A stretch of DNA of 49,792 bases from Candidatus Saccharimonadia bacterium (GTDB lineage: Bacteria; Patescibacteriota; SICC01), in contig JANWJF010000001.1 in assembly GCA_025449535.1 (NCBI GenBank), forward strand, positions 369,344-419,135, in the 5' to 3' direction. Below the pieces are notes generated by a model. It saw nothing but the letters and a program-made list of their open reading frames with translations, ran no database searches and was not told where the DNA came from. This document shows, piece by piece, positions 10,137-19,529 of the stretch (position 1 is its first letter; each line of letters starts with the position of its first letter). Both the position numbers and the translations under genes were made by a program.

Positions 10137-10165
10137 AGCATATCCATCGCTTTCCGATGTGTCAA
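10137..10165 (-). promoter_or_regulatory. Sigma-70 promoter for nrnA
   Basis: TTGACA-17 nt-TATGCT on the minus strand. Confidence 0.7.
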
Positions 10166-10269
10166 TGAAAAATCTCTGAAAAATTGCTTAATTATAAGGT
10201 TTTTTAGCGGTTTTGTCAATCCCCCAGGACTTGCCTGGGCGTGCGGCGACGGGTACGCTTAGGTTCGTT

Positions 10270-10659
10270 ATGCCTCAGATCAAGTCAGCCAAGAAGCGCG
10301 TGAAGGTCGCCGCCCGGCAAGCGGAAGAGAATACGTTCCACCGCTCCCGCGCCCGGACCGCGCTCAAGAAGGTCCGGAACCTGGCCGACGCCGGCAAGAC
10401 CGACGAGGCCGCGAAGGCGCTGCCGGAAGCGCAGAAGTACCTCGACAAGGCCGCCAAAGTGCGGGCGATCCACCCGCGGACCGTGGCGCGCTACAAGTCC
10501 CGCGTGGTGGAAATGCTGAAGAAAGCCAAGGCGACCCCCGCCAAAGCGGCGGCCAAGCCGGCGAAGGCCGCCGGCAAGAAGCCCGCGGCGAAGAAAGCTC
10601 CTGCTAAAGCCTCGGCTACCAAGAAACCGGCGGCGAAGAAGCCGGCCCCCAAGAAGTAA
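10270..10659 (+). CDS. rpsT: 30S ribosomal protein S20 with K/A/P-rich C-terminal extension
   Basis: MPQIKSAKKRVK...LDKAAKVRAIHPRTVARYKSR; start re-called at ATG 10270. Confidence 0.96.
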   Translation: MPQIKSAKKRVKVAARQAEENTFHRSRARTALKKVRNLADAGKTDEAAKALPEAQKYLDKAAKVRAIHPRTVARYKSRVVEMLKKAKATPAKAAAKPAKAAGKKPAAKKAPAKASATKKPAAKKPAPKK

Positions 10660-10668
10660 CGACCGCGA

Positions 10669-11604
10669 CTAAGCGACCGTCCGCTCGGCCACGAACAGCT
10701 CGAGCGCCTGTTCCGGATCGCGCTTGCCGGACTTTCCGGCTACGTCCAGTTCGGCCAGTTCGTCGTAGATCGCCCGCAGCTCCTCGGGACTGAAGCGGGA
10801 GGCTTGGCGACGGGCCTGCTTCACCGAGTACGGGTGCACGCCGAGTTGCTTCGCCACGGCCGCGTCCGGCTGGCCTTCCGCGGCCTGCACGCCTAATAGG
10901 ATCCGGTACTGCCGGACCACCATCGCGAAAATCCGCTGTGCCGGTTCGCCGGACTTGAGCAGGCTCCGCAACGCGCCCTGCGCCTTCCGGAAGTCCTTCG
11001 CCGCCACGCCGTCCACCAGTTCCCAGATCGTGGAGACGCGGTTCGAGCCAGTGAGGCCGGCAACCAACGACTCCGTGACCTCCCCGTCGCCCGCGGCGAC
11101 CAGCTTGTCCAGCTCGGTCGCCAGCGTCCAACCGTCGGTGCCGAGCGCGGTCACGATGTTCCGGGCGAGTCCCGGCGACAGCTTGGAGCCCGCCGCTTCG
11201 GCGCGCTGTACCAGCCAAGCCGCGGCCGCCGGCTCGTCCATCAACGGATAGTGCCAGGACTTGTCCGCCTCCTGCGCCAGCTTCGCGAACGCCTTGCGCC
11301 GCTTGTCGACCGCGCCGAGCTCCGCCACGATCGCGACGGTGTCGGCCGGGGCGTTCCCCAACAATTCCGCCAGCTTGTTCGCGTCGTCCGCCGGCTTTTC
11401 CGTGAACCAGTTCCGGAAGACGACGATCGTCTTGTCGTCGAAGAGCGACCCGCCGCGCAGCGCGGCCTTGGCCGCCTTGAGGTCCGACTCGTCCGCGTCC
11501 AGCTCGGTGACGCCGACGGCGCCACCGGCGCGCGCCTTGTCCAGCGCCTGCCGGAGTTTCCGATGCACGAGGTACGTCTCTGGCCCGTGGATGACGAGGA
11601 TCAT
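10669..11604 (-). CDS. holA: DNA polymerase III subunit delta
   Basis: ILVIHGPETYL, SLF, VDKRRK, ELDKL, IWELVD, LGVHPY; convergent with rpsT as usual. Confidence 0.93.
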   Translation of the reverse strand: MILVIHGPETYLVHRKLRQALDKARAGGAVGVTELDADESDLKAAKAALRGGSLFDDKTIVVFRNWFTEKPADDANKLAELLGNAPADTVAIVAELGAVDKRRKAFAKLAQEADKSWHYPLMDEPAAAAWLVQRAEAAGSKLSPGLARNIVTALGTDGWTLATELDKLVAAGDGEVTESLVAGLTGSNRVSTIWELVDGVAAKDFRKAQGALRSLLKSGEPAQRIFAMVVRQYRILLGVQAAEGQPDAAVAKQLGVHPYSVKQARRQASRFSPEELRAIYDELAELDVAGKSGKRDPEQALELFVAERTVA

Positions 11605-11606
11605 GA

Positions 11607-12392
11607 TTACACTCTATCGAGTACGAATCTATATGTCCCCGCCGCAAATAACAGTGCGGCAAGATAGGCTAAAGTAATTCCAAGTATGGGCCCGGAAAGA
11701 GGCACCAAACCATAAACTGCTATGACAAAAAGGAGATTCGCCAAGCCTCCCAGTACCATTGCTTTGCCCGTAGAAGCCATGAACTCTATGCCGTGAGAAC
11801 GAGTCAGGATTAAAAGCGTTGCAGAGAAAACAGCCGGGAAGGAAGAGAACAACCCGCCCCAGATTGGACCTAACAAGCTGGCAAAAAGAACAGCAATGCC
11901 AACGAAGGCACCAGCAAAGAGTGTTCTCGTAACAAAAACAGTACGTGAAAAATGGAGTGGCGGTAATTTTCTATGGGATTTTTTACGTAGGTAGGAAACG
12001 CTTACTCCAGCAAACAGTAATCCTAGAAGAACCGACAATATAAAAGGCATATCCCAGTGCACTAAAACTATAGTCATGGCGAACCAACATATAACAGAGG
12101 CGAGATAAGCGGGTATTAATCCTCCAAATCGGTAGAAAATCACAAACATGCTGACAAAAAGCATGCTGACACCTATCGGAGCCGGCATAACACTGGCCGC
12201 CTCGGTAATTCCAGAAGAGCCTAGGGTTAAACCAATAAAAGCTAGTCCGACTAAAGCTGTGCTAGGAAGTGCTAATAGCACGCCTCCAACTTTGGAGCCG
12301 AATTTTTCAGCAATGAACGTCATCAGGGCTACATAGAAGCCACCTGTGACAAACGACAGTAAGGCTTTAAGCGCTATTTCTTCAGATGTCAT
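11607..12392 (-). CDS. AT-rich integral membrane protein with two internal repeats (DUF3147-like)
   Basis: Start re-called at MTSEEIALK (ATGA overlap with the mutM stop); about 8 TM; repeated GG..(A/S)(L/F)P motif; much lower GC than the flanks. Confidence 0.8.
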   Translation of the reverse strand: MTSEEIALKALLSFVTGGFYVALMTFIAEKFGSKVGGVLLALPSTALVGLAFIGLTLGSSGITEAASVMPAPIGVSMLFVSMFVIFYRFGGLIPAYLASVICWFAMTIVLVHWDMPFILSVLLGLLFAGVSVSYLRKKSHRKLPPLHFSRTVFVTRTLFAGAFVGIAVLFASLLGPIWGGLFSSFPAVFSATLLILTRSHGIEFMASTGKAMVLGGLANLLFVIAVYGLVPLSGPILGITLAYLAALLFAAGTYRFVLDRV

Positions 12393-13306
12393 GTTTGTTT
12401 CGGCGGTCGCTGGCAACGCGGGCAGAGGTGCGTCCCCCGGCCGGCCACCACGATGCGTTCTATCGGCGTGCCGCAACGGCGGCACGGCTCTCCGGTTCGA
12501 TGATACACCCGGGCCCGGCGCAGGTAGTCGCCGCGGGCGCCGCGGATGGTCACATAAGTATTGTCGGACGTCCCCCCGGCCCGCAGCGAGTCCCGCAGTA
12601 CCTTCTTGATCGCCGGGTGCAGCGCCGCCCGCTGCGTCTTGGTGAGCGAACCGGCCGTCCGGAGCGGATGGATGCGGGCAAGGTTGAGTGCCTCATCCAC
12701 GTAGATGTTCCCCAGGCCGGCGATTACCGTCTGGTCCAGGAGCAGCGGCTTGAGTTTGGCCTTCGGACGGCGCTTCAGCAGCGCGTCGAACTTCGCGGAG
12801 GTGAACGAACGTTCCAGCGGCTCGAGTCCGAGCGTCTTGATGAACAGGAGGTTGCCGACCGCGTCGGTCGAGAGCAGCTTGAGATAGCCGAACTGCCGCA
12901 GGTCGTTGTAGAAGAGCCGGCTGCCGTCGTCGAACGTGAAGACGGCGTGCGTCACCTTCCCGGGCAACTTCATGCCATCAGGCCGGTCGTTGGCGATGGC
13001 AGGGATCGGATGACCACCGGCTAGCACGATCTTTCCCTTAGCATCGCCCCGGGGAGCTTCCCGAAAGATCAGTTGGCCGGTCATCTTGAGGTGGATTACC
13101 AGCGTGCGGCTGCCGAACCGGATCAGCAAGGCCTTGCCGCGCCGGTCCGCGCCGGTCACGGCAGCGCCGACCAAGTCCTTCCGTTTGGCAGGTCGGACCG
13201 CGGTGAACAGCTTGGGTAGCGTCACTGAGAACGACCGGACGCGTTTGCCGGGCAATACCTCGGCCAGTCCTTTGCGGATGGTCTCTACTTCCGGTAACTC
13301 GGGCAT
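12389..13306 (-). CDS. mutM: Formamidopyrimidine-DNA glycosylase
   Basis: MPELPEVET, RRGK, HLKMTG, DLRQFG, GLGNIYVDE, C-terminal CRRC..CPRCQ zinc finger. Confidence 0.98.
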   Translation of the reverse strand: MPELPEVETIRKGLAEVLPGKRVRSFSVTLPKLFTAVRPAKRKDLVGAAVTGADRRGKALLIRFGSRTLVIHLKMTGQLIFREAPRGDAKGKIVLAGGHPIPAIANDRPDGMKLPGKVTHAVFTFDDGSRLFYNDLRQFGYLKLLSTDAVGNLLFIKTLGLEPLERSFTSAKFDALLKRRPKAKLKPLLLDQTVIAGLGNIYVDEALNLARIHPLRTAGSLTKTQRAALHPAIKKVLRDSLRAGGTSDNTYVTIRGARGDYLRRARVYHRTGEPCRRCGTPIERIVVAGRGTHLCPRCQRPPKQT

Positions 13307-13328
13307 ACGTCCAGCTTAGCGGACGGCG

Positions 13329-13742
13329 CTACGGCGCTTCCTGCTTCACGAAGACGACCGTGTCCGGCGGCGCGGCGTGGTACGTCAACTTAGAGACCGG
13401 CCTCCCGTCCACGGTGGCCGACAGGACCAACACCGTCCCGAGCGTGCCCGCCGGATCGCCGGGTCCGGTCGACTGTAAGTCAGGGCCCTTGAAGGTCCCT
13501 ACGGTGGTGGACTCCACCCCGATCCGGGCCCGGGAATCCACACGACTGGCCGCATCACTCAGCGCCAGGTCCTTGAACTTCTCTTGTTGCGCCGCGCTTT
13601 GATCGGGCGTCGCTTCGGCCTGCGAACGGGGTTGCTGGGGCGGGATGACCCGGTCGTCCCCATCGGCCGCCCAGACCGCCAGGAACAACAGCGCCAGACC
13701 CGCCGTCGCGAGCCAGAGCACCCTGGCGCCGCCGGCCTTCAT
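13329..13742 (-). CDS. Hypothetical exported/membrane-anchored protein
   Basis: N-terminal hydrophobic segment; ATGA-coupled to the PHP gene. Confidence 0.7.
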   Translation of the reverse strand: MKAGGARVLWLATAGLALLFLAVWAADGDDRVIPPQQPRSQAEATPDQSAAQQEKFKDLALSDAASRVDSRARIGVESTTVGTFKGPDLQSTGPGDPAGTLGTVLVLSATVDGRPVSKLTYHAAPPDTVVFVKQEAP

Positions 13743-14572
13743 CGCGCGGTCTTGGCCTTGGTCACGCCGGGCCGGTCCGACCGGCCGCGTTCCTGGCGAC
13801 GAACCTTACCGGCCAGGATGAACAGCCGCTTCCCGGTCTCACGTAGCTTAATCTTGGCGAAGTAGCGACCGTAGCGGAGTACTTCGCGGATGCGATACTT
13901 GGTACTGACCGCCTCGGTCGTCTTCTGTTCAATCGCCTGGCGCAAATCCGCCGCGGTCCGGCCCGGGAACAACGTGTAGCCTTTGCCGACGGCATCCAGG
14001 ATGTGCGCATCGGACCCGCCGGTCTCCGCGCGGAACAGCATCGTCCGGTTAAGCAGCCGGGCCCGGGCATTCTCGCCCTTCATGATCGGACCGCCGTTGA
14101 CGATCTCGATGCCGTCGAACTGCTCCTTGATCAGGACGTCCGCGCCGACGCCGTCCGCCGTCAGCATGTCCGGGTCGATGTACTTCAGGACGAGCATCGG
14201 ATGGGCGGCGATCGCCAGTCCGCCCTGCTTATGGATCCGTCGGATGGTCTCCCGTACCGGTCGTTCCTTGGGCACCGGCTTCTCGATGAAAAGCGCGAGG
14301 ATGTGACCTTCCTGCGTGGTGACTTCCTCGCCGAGCACCAGGTCGAACCGGTAGTTCCCGGCCTCGTGGATCCGCTTCGCCTCGAACGCCCCATCCATCG
14401 TGTCGTGGTCGGTGATCGCGATGACGTCCAGGTCGGTCTCCTGCTCCACATGTTCGAGCAGCCGCCTGGGAGAAGTGCCACCGTCCGAAGCGGTGGTATG
14501 CAGGTGCAGATCCGCCTTGCCAGCGTCCGGCATCAGCGGATCTTCATGCTTCCGGTTTTGTTTGCTTGGCAC
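13739..14572 (-). CDS. PHP-domain metal-dependent phosphoesterase
   Basis: DLHLHTTASDG, AITDHD, GEEV, AHP, GGSDAH. Start re-called at GTG 14572 (TATACT 6 nt upstream); ATG 14533 is an alternative. Confidence 0.9.
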   Translation of the reverse strand: MPSKQNRKHEDPLMPDAGKADLHLHTTASDGGTSPRRLLEHVEQETDLDVIAITDHDTMDGAFEAKRIHEAGNYRFDLVLGEEVTTQEGHILALFIEKPVPKERPVRETIRRIHKQGGLAIAAHPMLVLKYIDPDMLTADGVGADVLIKEQFDGIEIVNGGPIMKGENARARLLNRTMLFRAETGGSDAHILDAVGKGYTLFPGRTAADLRQAIEQKTTEAVSTKYRIREVLRYGRYFAKIKLRETGKRLFILAGKVRRQERGRSDRPGVTKAKTAR

Positions 14573-14589
14573 GCAAACAGTATAACGGT

Positions 14590-16644
14590 TCAAGCCTGCT
14601 CGTTCGCTTCGGCGTTCCGGATGGCCGCTTCAAACACAAACTCCAGCACTTCCTTAAGCAGCTCCCCTTTGAATTCGGTGATATTGATACTTCGAGCCAG
14701 CGAATCGCTCGGGACCTTACGCCTTCCTTTCTGAGGGTTCTGCAGGACGACGTACGTCTTATGCAGACGGGTGATCACCGTCCTGAAGCCATCGAGTGAG
14801 ACCGGGGCTTTTTTGTGACATTCCAGATAAGCTAAGTAGACTTCTTCCGCTGCCTGGAAAAGACGTTCCTTGTCTTCCCGCGGCATGCTGACCGCGCCCT
14901 CCCAAGACTGGCTGGTATCTTGGTACGCCCCGTAGGTCTCGGCGACGAATACCTCTGGATCCGTCTCGCTGACGATCTTTTCGCGGGCCTTCCCGTCCAG
15001 TATTTCTTGTATGCTCCGTTGGGCGACTTTCTCCACCCAGACCTGGAAGCTTTCGTGCCGGTCGGCGATCGGGAGGAAATGACGGGCCGTCAGATGCAGT
15101 ACTTCCCGGGGTTTTTCCTCAGGAACGCTGACCTTCGACCCTTTCAGCTGCTTGCGCATCGCCTTCCGGACCGGCGGCAGGTATAAGCGCTCGACCGTGG
15201 CCACCGCCTCTTCATGACCCTTGCTAGCCGGGTCAGCGAATGCCTCGAACAGTTCCCGTTCCGCGGTCGGGACTTCACGACGAAACAGGGGTGGGTCCTC
15301 CTTGGCACCCGCCGCTTCTCGTTCCCGCCTGAGATCCTCGGCCCACTCGTCCAGGGTGTCGCCCTCTTTGAAAGCCTTCAATATTGCGCTCGTAGCACCA
15401 TGGTTGTTGAGTAACCGCTGCCGGCCTTTTTCGCTGGTGAGTGTCGAGCCAATGGAGTTCACGACCCTGTCGAAATGCCTGGCAACGTGCTTTCGATCGA
15501 TGCCAAGTTCTCCCTCCAGTAAGGAAAAGATGATGGTACGGGGAAGTACCGCCGCCTCGTGGGTCATCCGCGGATTGGTCACCGTTTTCACATCGACGCC
15601 GAAGTAATTGGCTGCGGTCAGGACCAAACGGTCAATATCTTCCGCAGAAAGTTCCGGGGATCCCGGTACTCGATCTGGTTTTGGCCTTGGCCTCCGCCGG
15701 GTTCGTTTCACTGGTGTTTGCCCTTGTGGGGCACGGCGTACGCCTTCCGCAAAGTCGTTGCCGGTTTCGAAGCCGGCCCAAATCTCTTCCGCACAAGCCG
15801 AAAGTTCGGGAGTGCTTTGCCTGTCCAGCAGACCATATACCGAACGCACGGCCGTATATCCTAACCGATCGGCGATCTCTGCTGGCGATGCGTTCATGCG
15901 ACGAAGGAGATTAATCACCACCCACTTCGCATCCTGGACGTGTCCGTCACTGGAATGTTGATTCCCGGAACGTTCTGACAAGTGCTCAGGAGACAGGCTG
16001 AAGTAATTGGCAATCACGGTTACGAGACGGCCAGCCGTTTCGGAGTCGAATTCCGGCTTACGTTCGAGGAGCGCCGTTTCCAACACGGCCAGGTCTGTTG
16101 CTGCCTCCCTTCGGACGACCTCCAGATCCGCGGAGAAATCCGGACGCTTCTTATACACCAGCAAATACACGGCGTGCTCGGACGAACGGTTGAGCGTCCG
16201 CATGACCAGTTCCCTGGAAGCACCGACCTGGTCAAGCAACTGGGCTGCGATCCAGCGTCCCTTGAATACATGTTCGGCACGCCTGCTGCTGCGTATCTCA
16301 TCGATAGTAGTCGAGCACTGCGCCGCGGCGACGGCCAGCAGGTCTTCAATGCGCCGCTCGACCTCGGCGGGATCAACCGGCTCGGCCGGCTCGGCCGCTT
16401 GCCCATCATCGTCGAATGAGACGGACACGCCTTCCGTCAGTTCTGCTTCCTGTATCCCGTCTGAAGATACGGCCGCCTCCGGCTTCCCGGCGTCAGGTTC
16501 GTCCGTTTCCTCGGCCAGCTGAGTATCTAACTCCTCTAAGACAGCTTCTACGCCAATGCCGTCGTCCTCCCCCGGCACCAAGCCGTCGTCGCCATAGGGT
16601 ACGGCCTCTTCAATGGCAATCTCTGCTGGATCTTCTTCGTGCAT
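14590..16644 (-). CDS. Orphan multi-domain protein: acidic N-terminus, 3x DnaA-domain-IV-like HTH, sigma-70 region-2-like segment
   Basis: Long ORF between polA and the PHP gene; likely start MHEED at 16644 after TGTGTACACT; domain calls by motif resemblance (see findings). Confidence 0.75.
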   Translation of the reverse strand: MHEEDPAEIAIEEAVPYGDDGLVPGEDDGIGVEAVLEELDTQLAEETDEPDAGKPEAAVSSDGIQEAELTEGVSVSFDDDGQAAEPAEPVDPAEVERRIEDLLAVAAAQCSTTIDEIRSSRRAEHVFKGRWIAAQLLDQVGASRELVMRTLNRSSEHAVYLLVYKKRPDFSADLEVVRREAATDLAVLETALLERKPEFDSETAGRLVTVIANYFSLSPEHLSERSGNQHSSDGHVQDAKWVVINLLRRMNASPAEIADRLGYTAVRSVYGLLDRQSTPELSACAEEIWAGFETGNDFAEGVRRAPQGQTPVKRTRRRPRPKPDRVPGSPELSAEDIDRLVLTAANYFGVDVKTVTNPRMTHEAAVLPRTIIFSLLEGELGIDRKHVARHFDRVVNSIGSTLTSEKGRQRLLNNHGATSAILKAFKEGDTLDEWAEDLRREREAAGAKEDPPLFRREVPTAERELFEAFADPASKGHEEAVATVERLYLPPVRKAMRKQLKGSKVSVPEEKPREVLHLTARHFLPIADRHESFQVWVEKVAQRSIQEILDGKAREKIVSETDPEVFVAETYGAYQDTSQSWEGAVSMPREDKERLFQAAEEVYLAYLECHKKAPVSLDGFRTVITRLHKTYVVLQNPQKGRRKVPSDSLARSINITEFKGELLKEVLEFVFEAAIRNAEANEQA

Positions 16645-16683
16645 CGTTGGTGTACGTAGGTGACCTACCAGTGTACACAACCG

Positions 16684-19512
16684 CTACGCCAATGGGCGCA
16701 GCTCGCCCCAGCTGGGGCCCGCCTTGGCCTCGACTTCGATCGGGACGTCCAAAGGATAGGCCTCGCGCATCGTCTTCACCACGAATTCGGTAACCTTGGG
16801 TACGTCCTTGGTCGGCGCCTCGAGCACCAGCTCGTCATGGACGGTCAACAGCAGGTTCGCGTCCTTTGAGACCTTCGCCAGTCCGGCATCGACTTGGATC
16901 ATCGCCAGCTTGAGGATGTCCGCTTGGGTGCCCTGGACCGGCATGTTGATCGCCATGCGCTTGGCCGCCTCGCGGATCGGGTGCGAGCTGGAATTGATCT
17001 CGGGGATGTAACGGCGACGGCTGAACAGCGTCTCCACGTATCCGTCCGTCCGGACCTTGGCGATCATCGCGTCGATGTACTCCCGAAGCTTCGGGTACGT
17101 CCGGAAGTACTGGTCGATGTACTCCTGGGCCTCCGACACCGACATACCGGTGCTCTTGGCGACGCCGTGCGGCGTGGCGCCGTAGAGGATCGAGAAGTTC
17201 ACCGCCTTGGCGGCGTAACGCTGTTCCGGCTTCACCTCGGACTCGAGGATGCCTGCGACCGCGGCGGCAGTCGCGGTATGGATGTCCTTGCCTTCGCGGA
17301 ACTGCTCGGCCAGCTTCGGGTCCCCGGAGATATGCGCGGCGATCCGCAGCTCGAACTGCGAGTAGTCGGCCGAGATCAGCCGGCAGCCACGATTCGCGAC
17401 GAACGCCTTCCGGATCTCGCGGCCTGTCTTCGTCCGGACGGGGATGTTCTGGAGGTTCGGGTCGGAAGAGCTGAGCCGGCCGGTGGCGGCGACGGTTTGG
17501 TTGAAGGACGTGTGCAGCCGCCCGGTATCCTTGCGGACCAGGTTCGGCAACGCGTCCAGGTACGTGCCCTTGAGCTTGGACAGTTCGCGGTGCTCGAGGA
17601 TCAGCGGCACGATCGGGTGGGCATCCCGCAGCTTCTCGAGCTTACCGGCGGCGGTCGAGACGTGGCTGCCGCTTTGCGTCCGGGTGCCCGTGCCGACCTT
17701 CAGCTCTTCGAACAGCACCGCGGACAGCTGTCGGGGCGAAGCCAGGTTGAACTCGTGACCTGCCAGCTTGCAGACCTTCTGTTCGATCCTGTCCAGACGC
17801 TTTCCGAACTCCGCGGACATCTTCCCAAGGAACTTCACATCGATCCTCACGCCTCGCTGCTCCATCCGGCCGAGCACCGGCACCAGCGGCAGCTCCAGGT
17901 CGTCCTGTATCGCGCTCAGTCCCTGCTGCTTCAGCTGGCCGTTGAACTTCTCATACAACTGCCAGGTGACGTCCGCGTCCTCGGCGGCGTAGTCACCGAG
18001 CGCCTTGACGGCGACTTCGGAGACCGGCTTCTGGCCCTTGTCCAGGCCGGCTTCGGAGGTCCGCTTCGGCTTTCCCTTGCCAATCAACTCGGAGATCGGC
18101 TGCATCTCGTAACCGAGTTCCTGGTAGGCCAGCTTGTCGAGCGCCAGCGTGCGAGCACCGGGGTTGAGCAGGTAACTCCCGAGCATCGTGTCGAACGCGA
18201 GACCGCCTAGCTCGACCCCGCTGCCGCGCATCACTTCGTAGTCGTACTTAAGGTGGTGCCCGACGATCCCCGGCTCGGGCTTGGTCAGCAGCGGCTTCAG
18301 CGCGGCCAAGGTCTTCCCCCGCGGCAGGTTGGGGCCGTCCGCATGTCCGACCGGCAGATACCAGCCGCTGTCCGCGCGCCAGGAGAAGGACATACCCACC
18401 AGGACGGGCCGGATCGCGTCCAACGTGTCCGTCTCGGTGTCGAACGCGAAGACCGGCTGCTCCTTCAGCTCGGTCAGGAACTCCTTGAATTCCGCATCCG
18501 TCTTCACGATCCGGTAGTCGGACTTCGAGAAGTCGCGCGACGCGAGCTCGGGAGCCGCCGGGGCAGCCGGGGATCCTTCTGCCTCGCCGTCCACGCGCTG
18601 TCCCTCGACCGACATCGCCTCCTTCATCCGCGGCACCAAGGAGCTGAACTCCAGCTCCTTGAAGAGGGCAAGCGCCTTCTCCGCGTCGAAGTCGTGGATC
18701 GTGCAGTCCTTCAGGTTGAACTTGAGCTTCAGGTCGATGACGATCCGAGAGAGGTCACGCGAGAGGAACGCCTGCTCCTTGAACTCCGACAGGTTCGCGC
18801 GGACCTTCGGTTTGATGTCAGGATGTTTCGCCGGGTTCTCGTCGAGGATTTTATAGAGTCCCTCTAGATCTTTGTACTTTTGAGTCAGGACAGTCGCCGT
18901 CTTGTCGCCGATGCCGGGCACTCCCGGGATATTGTCGGACGGATCGCCCTTGAGCGCCTTGTACTCGACGAACTCTTCCGGCGTCAGGCCGGTCTCCTCC
19001 TTGAGCCGGGCCAGATCGTAGATGACCGTGTCCTTGATGCCCTTCCGTAGCGTGAAGATCCTCACCCGGTCGTCGACCAACTGGAGCGTGTCCTTGTCCC
19101 CGGTGACGACGTACGCGTCGAGGTCATGCTTCTTGCTGAACTGCTTGGCCAGCGAGCCGAGCACGTCGTCCGCCTCGTAGCCGGCCTGCTCGAAGATCGG
19201 CATCCCGAGCGCCTCGACGACCTCGCGCACCCGTCCGAACTGGGACCGCAACTCGTCCGGCGCCTTCTGTCGGGTCGCCTTGTACGCGTCGTACCGCTCG
19301 TGACGGAACGTCGGCTCCGGCAGGTCGAAGCTGACCGCCACGTATTCCGGTTTCAGCTCCTTCAGCACGGAGAGGACCGTCGCCGTGAACCCGAATACCG
19401 CGTTGGTGAGTTCGCCGTCCCGCTTGGCGAGGAACGGAATCGCATGGAACGCCCGGTGGATCAGGGCGTGAGCGTCGATCAGAACGAGCTTGGGACGGGC
19501 TTTGGCGGCCAT
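16684..19512 (-). CDS. polA: DNA polymerase I
   Basis: LVLIDAHALIHRAFHA, YEADD, GDPSDNIPGVPGIG, FDTET, TGRLSSSDPNLQNIP, ADYSQFELR, VHDEL. Confidence 0.99.
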   Translation of the reverse strand: MAAKARPKLVLIDAHALIHRAFHAIPFLAKRDGELTNAVFGFTATVLSVLKELKPEYVAVSFDLPEPTFRHERYDAYKATRQKAPDELRSQFGRVREVVEALGMPIFEQAGYEADDVLGSLAKQFSKKHDLDAYVVTGDKDTLQLVDDRVRIFTLRKGIKDTVIYDLARLKEETGLTPEEFVEYKALKGDPSDNIPGVPGIGDKTATVLTQKYKDLEGLYKILDENPAKHPDIKPKVRANLSEFKEQAFLSRDLSRIVIDLKLKFNLKDCTIHDFDAEKALALFKELEFSSLVPRMKEAMSVEGQRVDGEAEGSPAAPAAPELASRDFSKSDYRIVKTDAEFKEFLTELKEQPVFAFDTETDTLDAIRPVLVGMSFSWRADSGWYLPVGHADGPNLPRGKTLAALKPLLTKPEPGIVGHHLKYDYEVMRGSGVELGGLAFDTMLGSYLLNPGARTLALDKLAYQELGYEMQPISELIGKGKPKRTSEAGLDKGQKPVSEVAVKALGDYAAEDADVTWQLYEKFNGQLKQQGLSAIQDDLELPLVPVLGRMEQRGVRIDVKFLGKMSAEFGKRLDRIEQKVCKLAGHEFNLASPRQLSAVLFEELKVGTGTRTQSGSHVSTAAGKLEKLRDAHPIVPLILEHRELSKLKGTYLDALPNLVRKDTGRLHTSFNQTVAATGRLSSSDPNLQNIPVRTKTGREIRKAFVANRGCRLISADYSQFELRIAAHISGDPKLAEQFREGKDIHTATAAAVAGILESEVKPEQRYAAKAVNFSILYGATPHGVAKSTGMSVSEAQEYIDQYFRTYPKLREYIDAMIAKVRTDGYVETLFSRRRYIPEINSSSHPIREAAKRMAINMPVQGTQADILKLAMIQVDAGLAKVSKDANLLLTVHDELVLEAPTKDVPKVTEFVVKTMREAYPLDVPIEVEAKAGPSWGELRPLA

Positions 19513-19529
19513 GCCCCTATTGTCCCACG

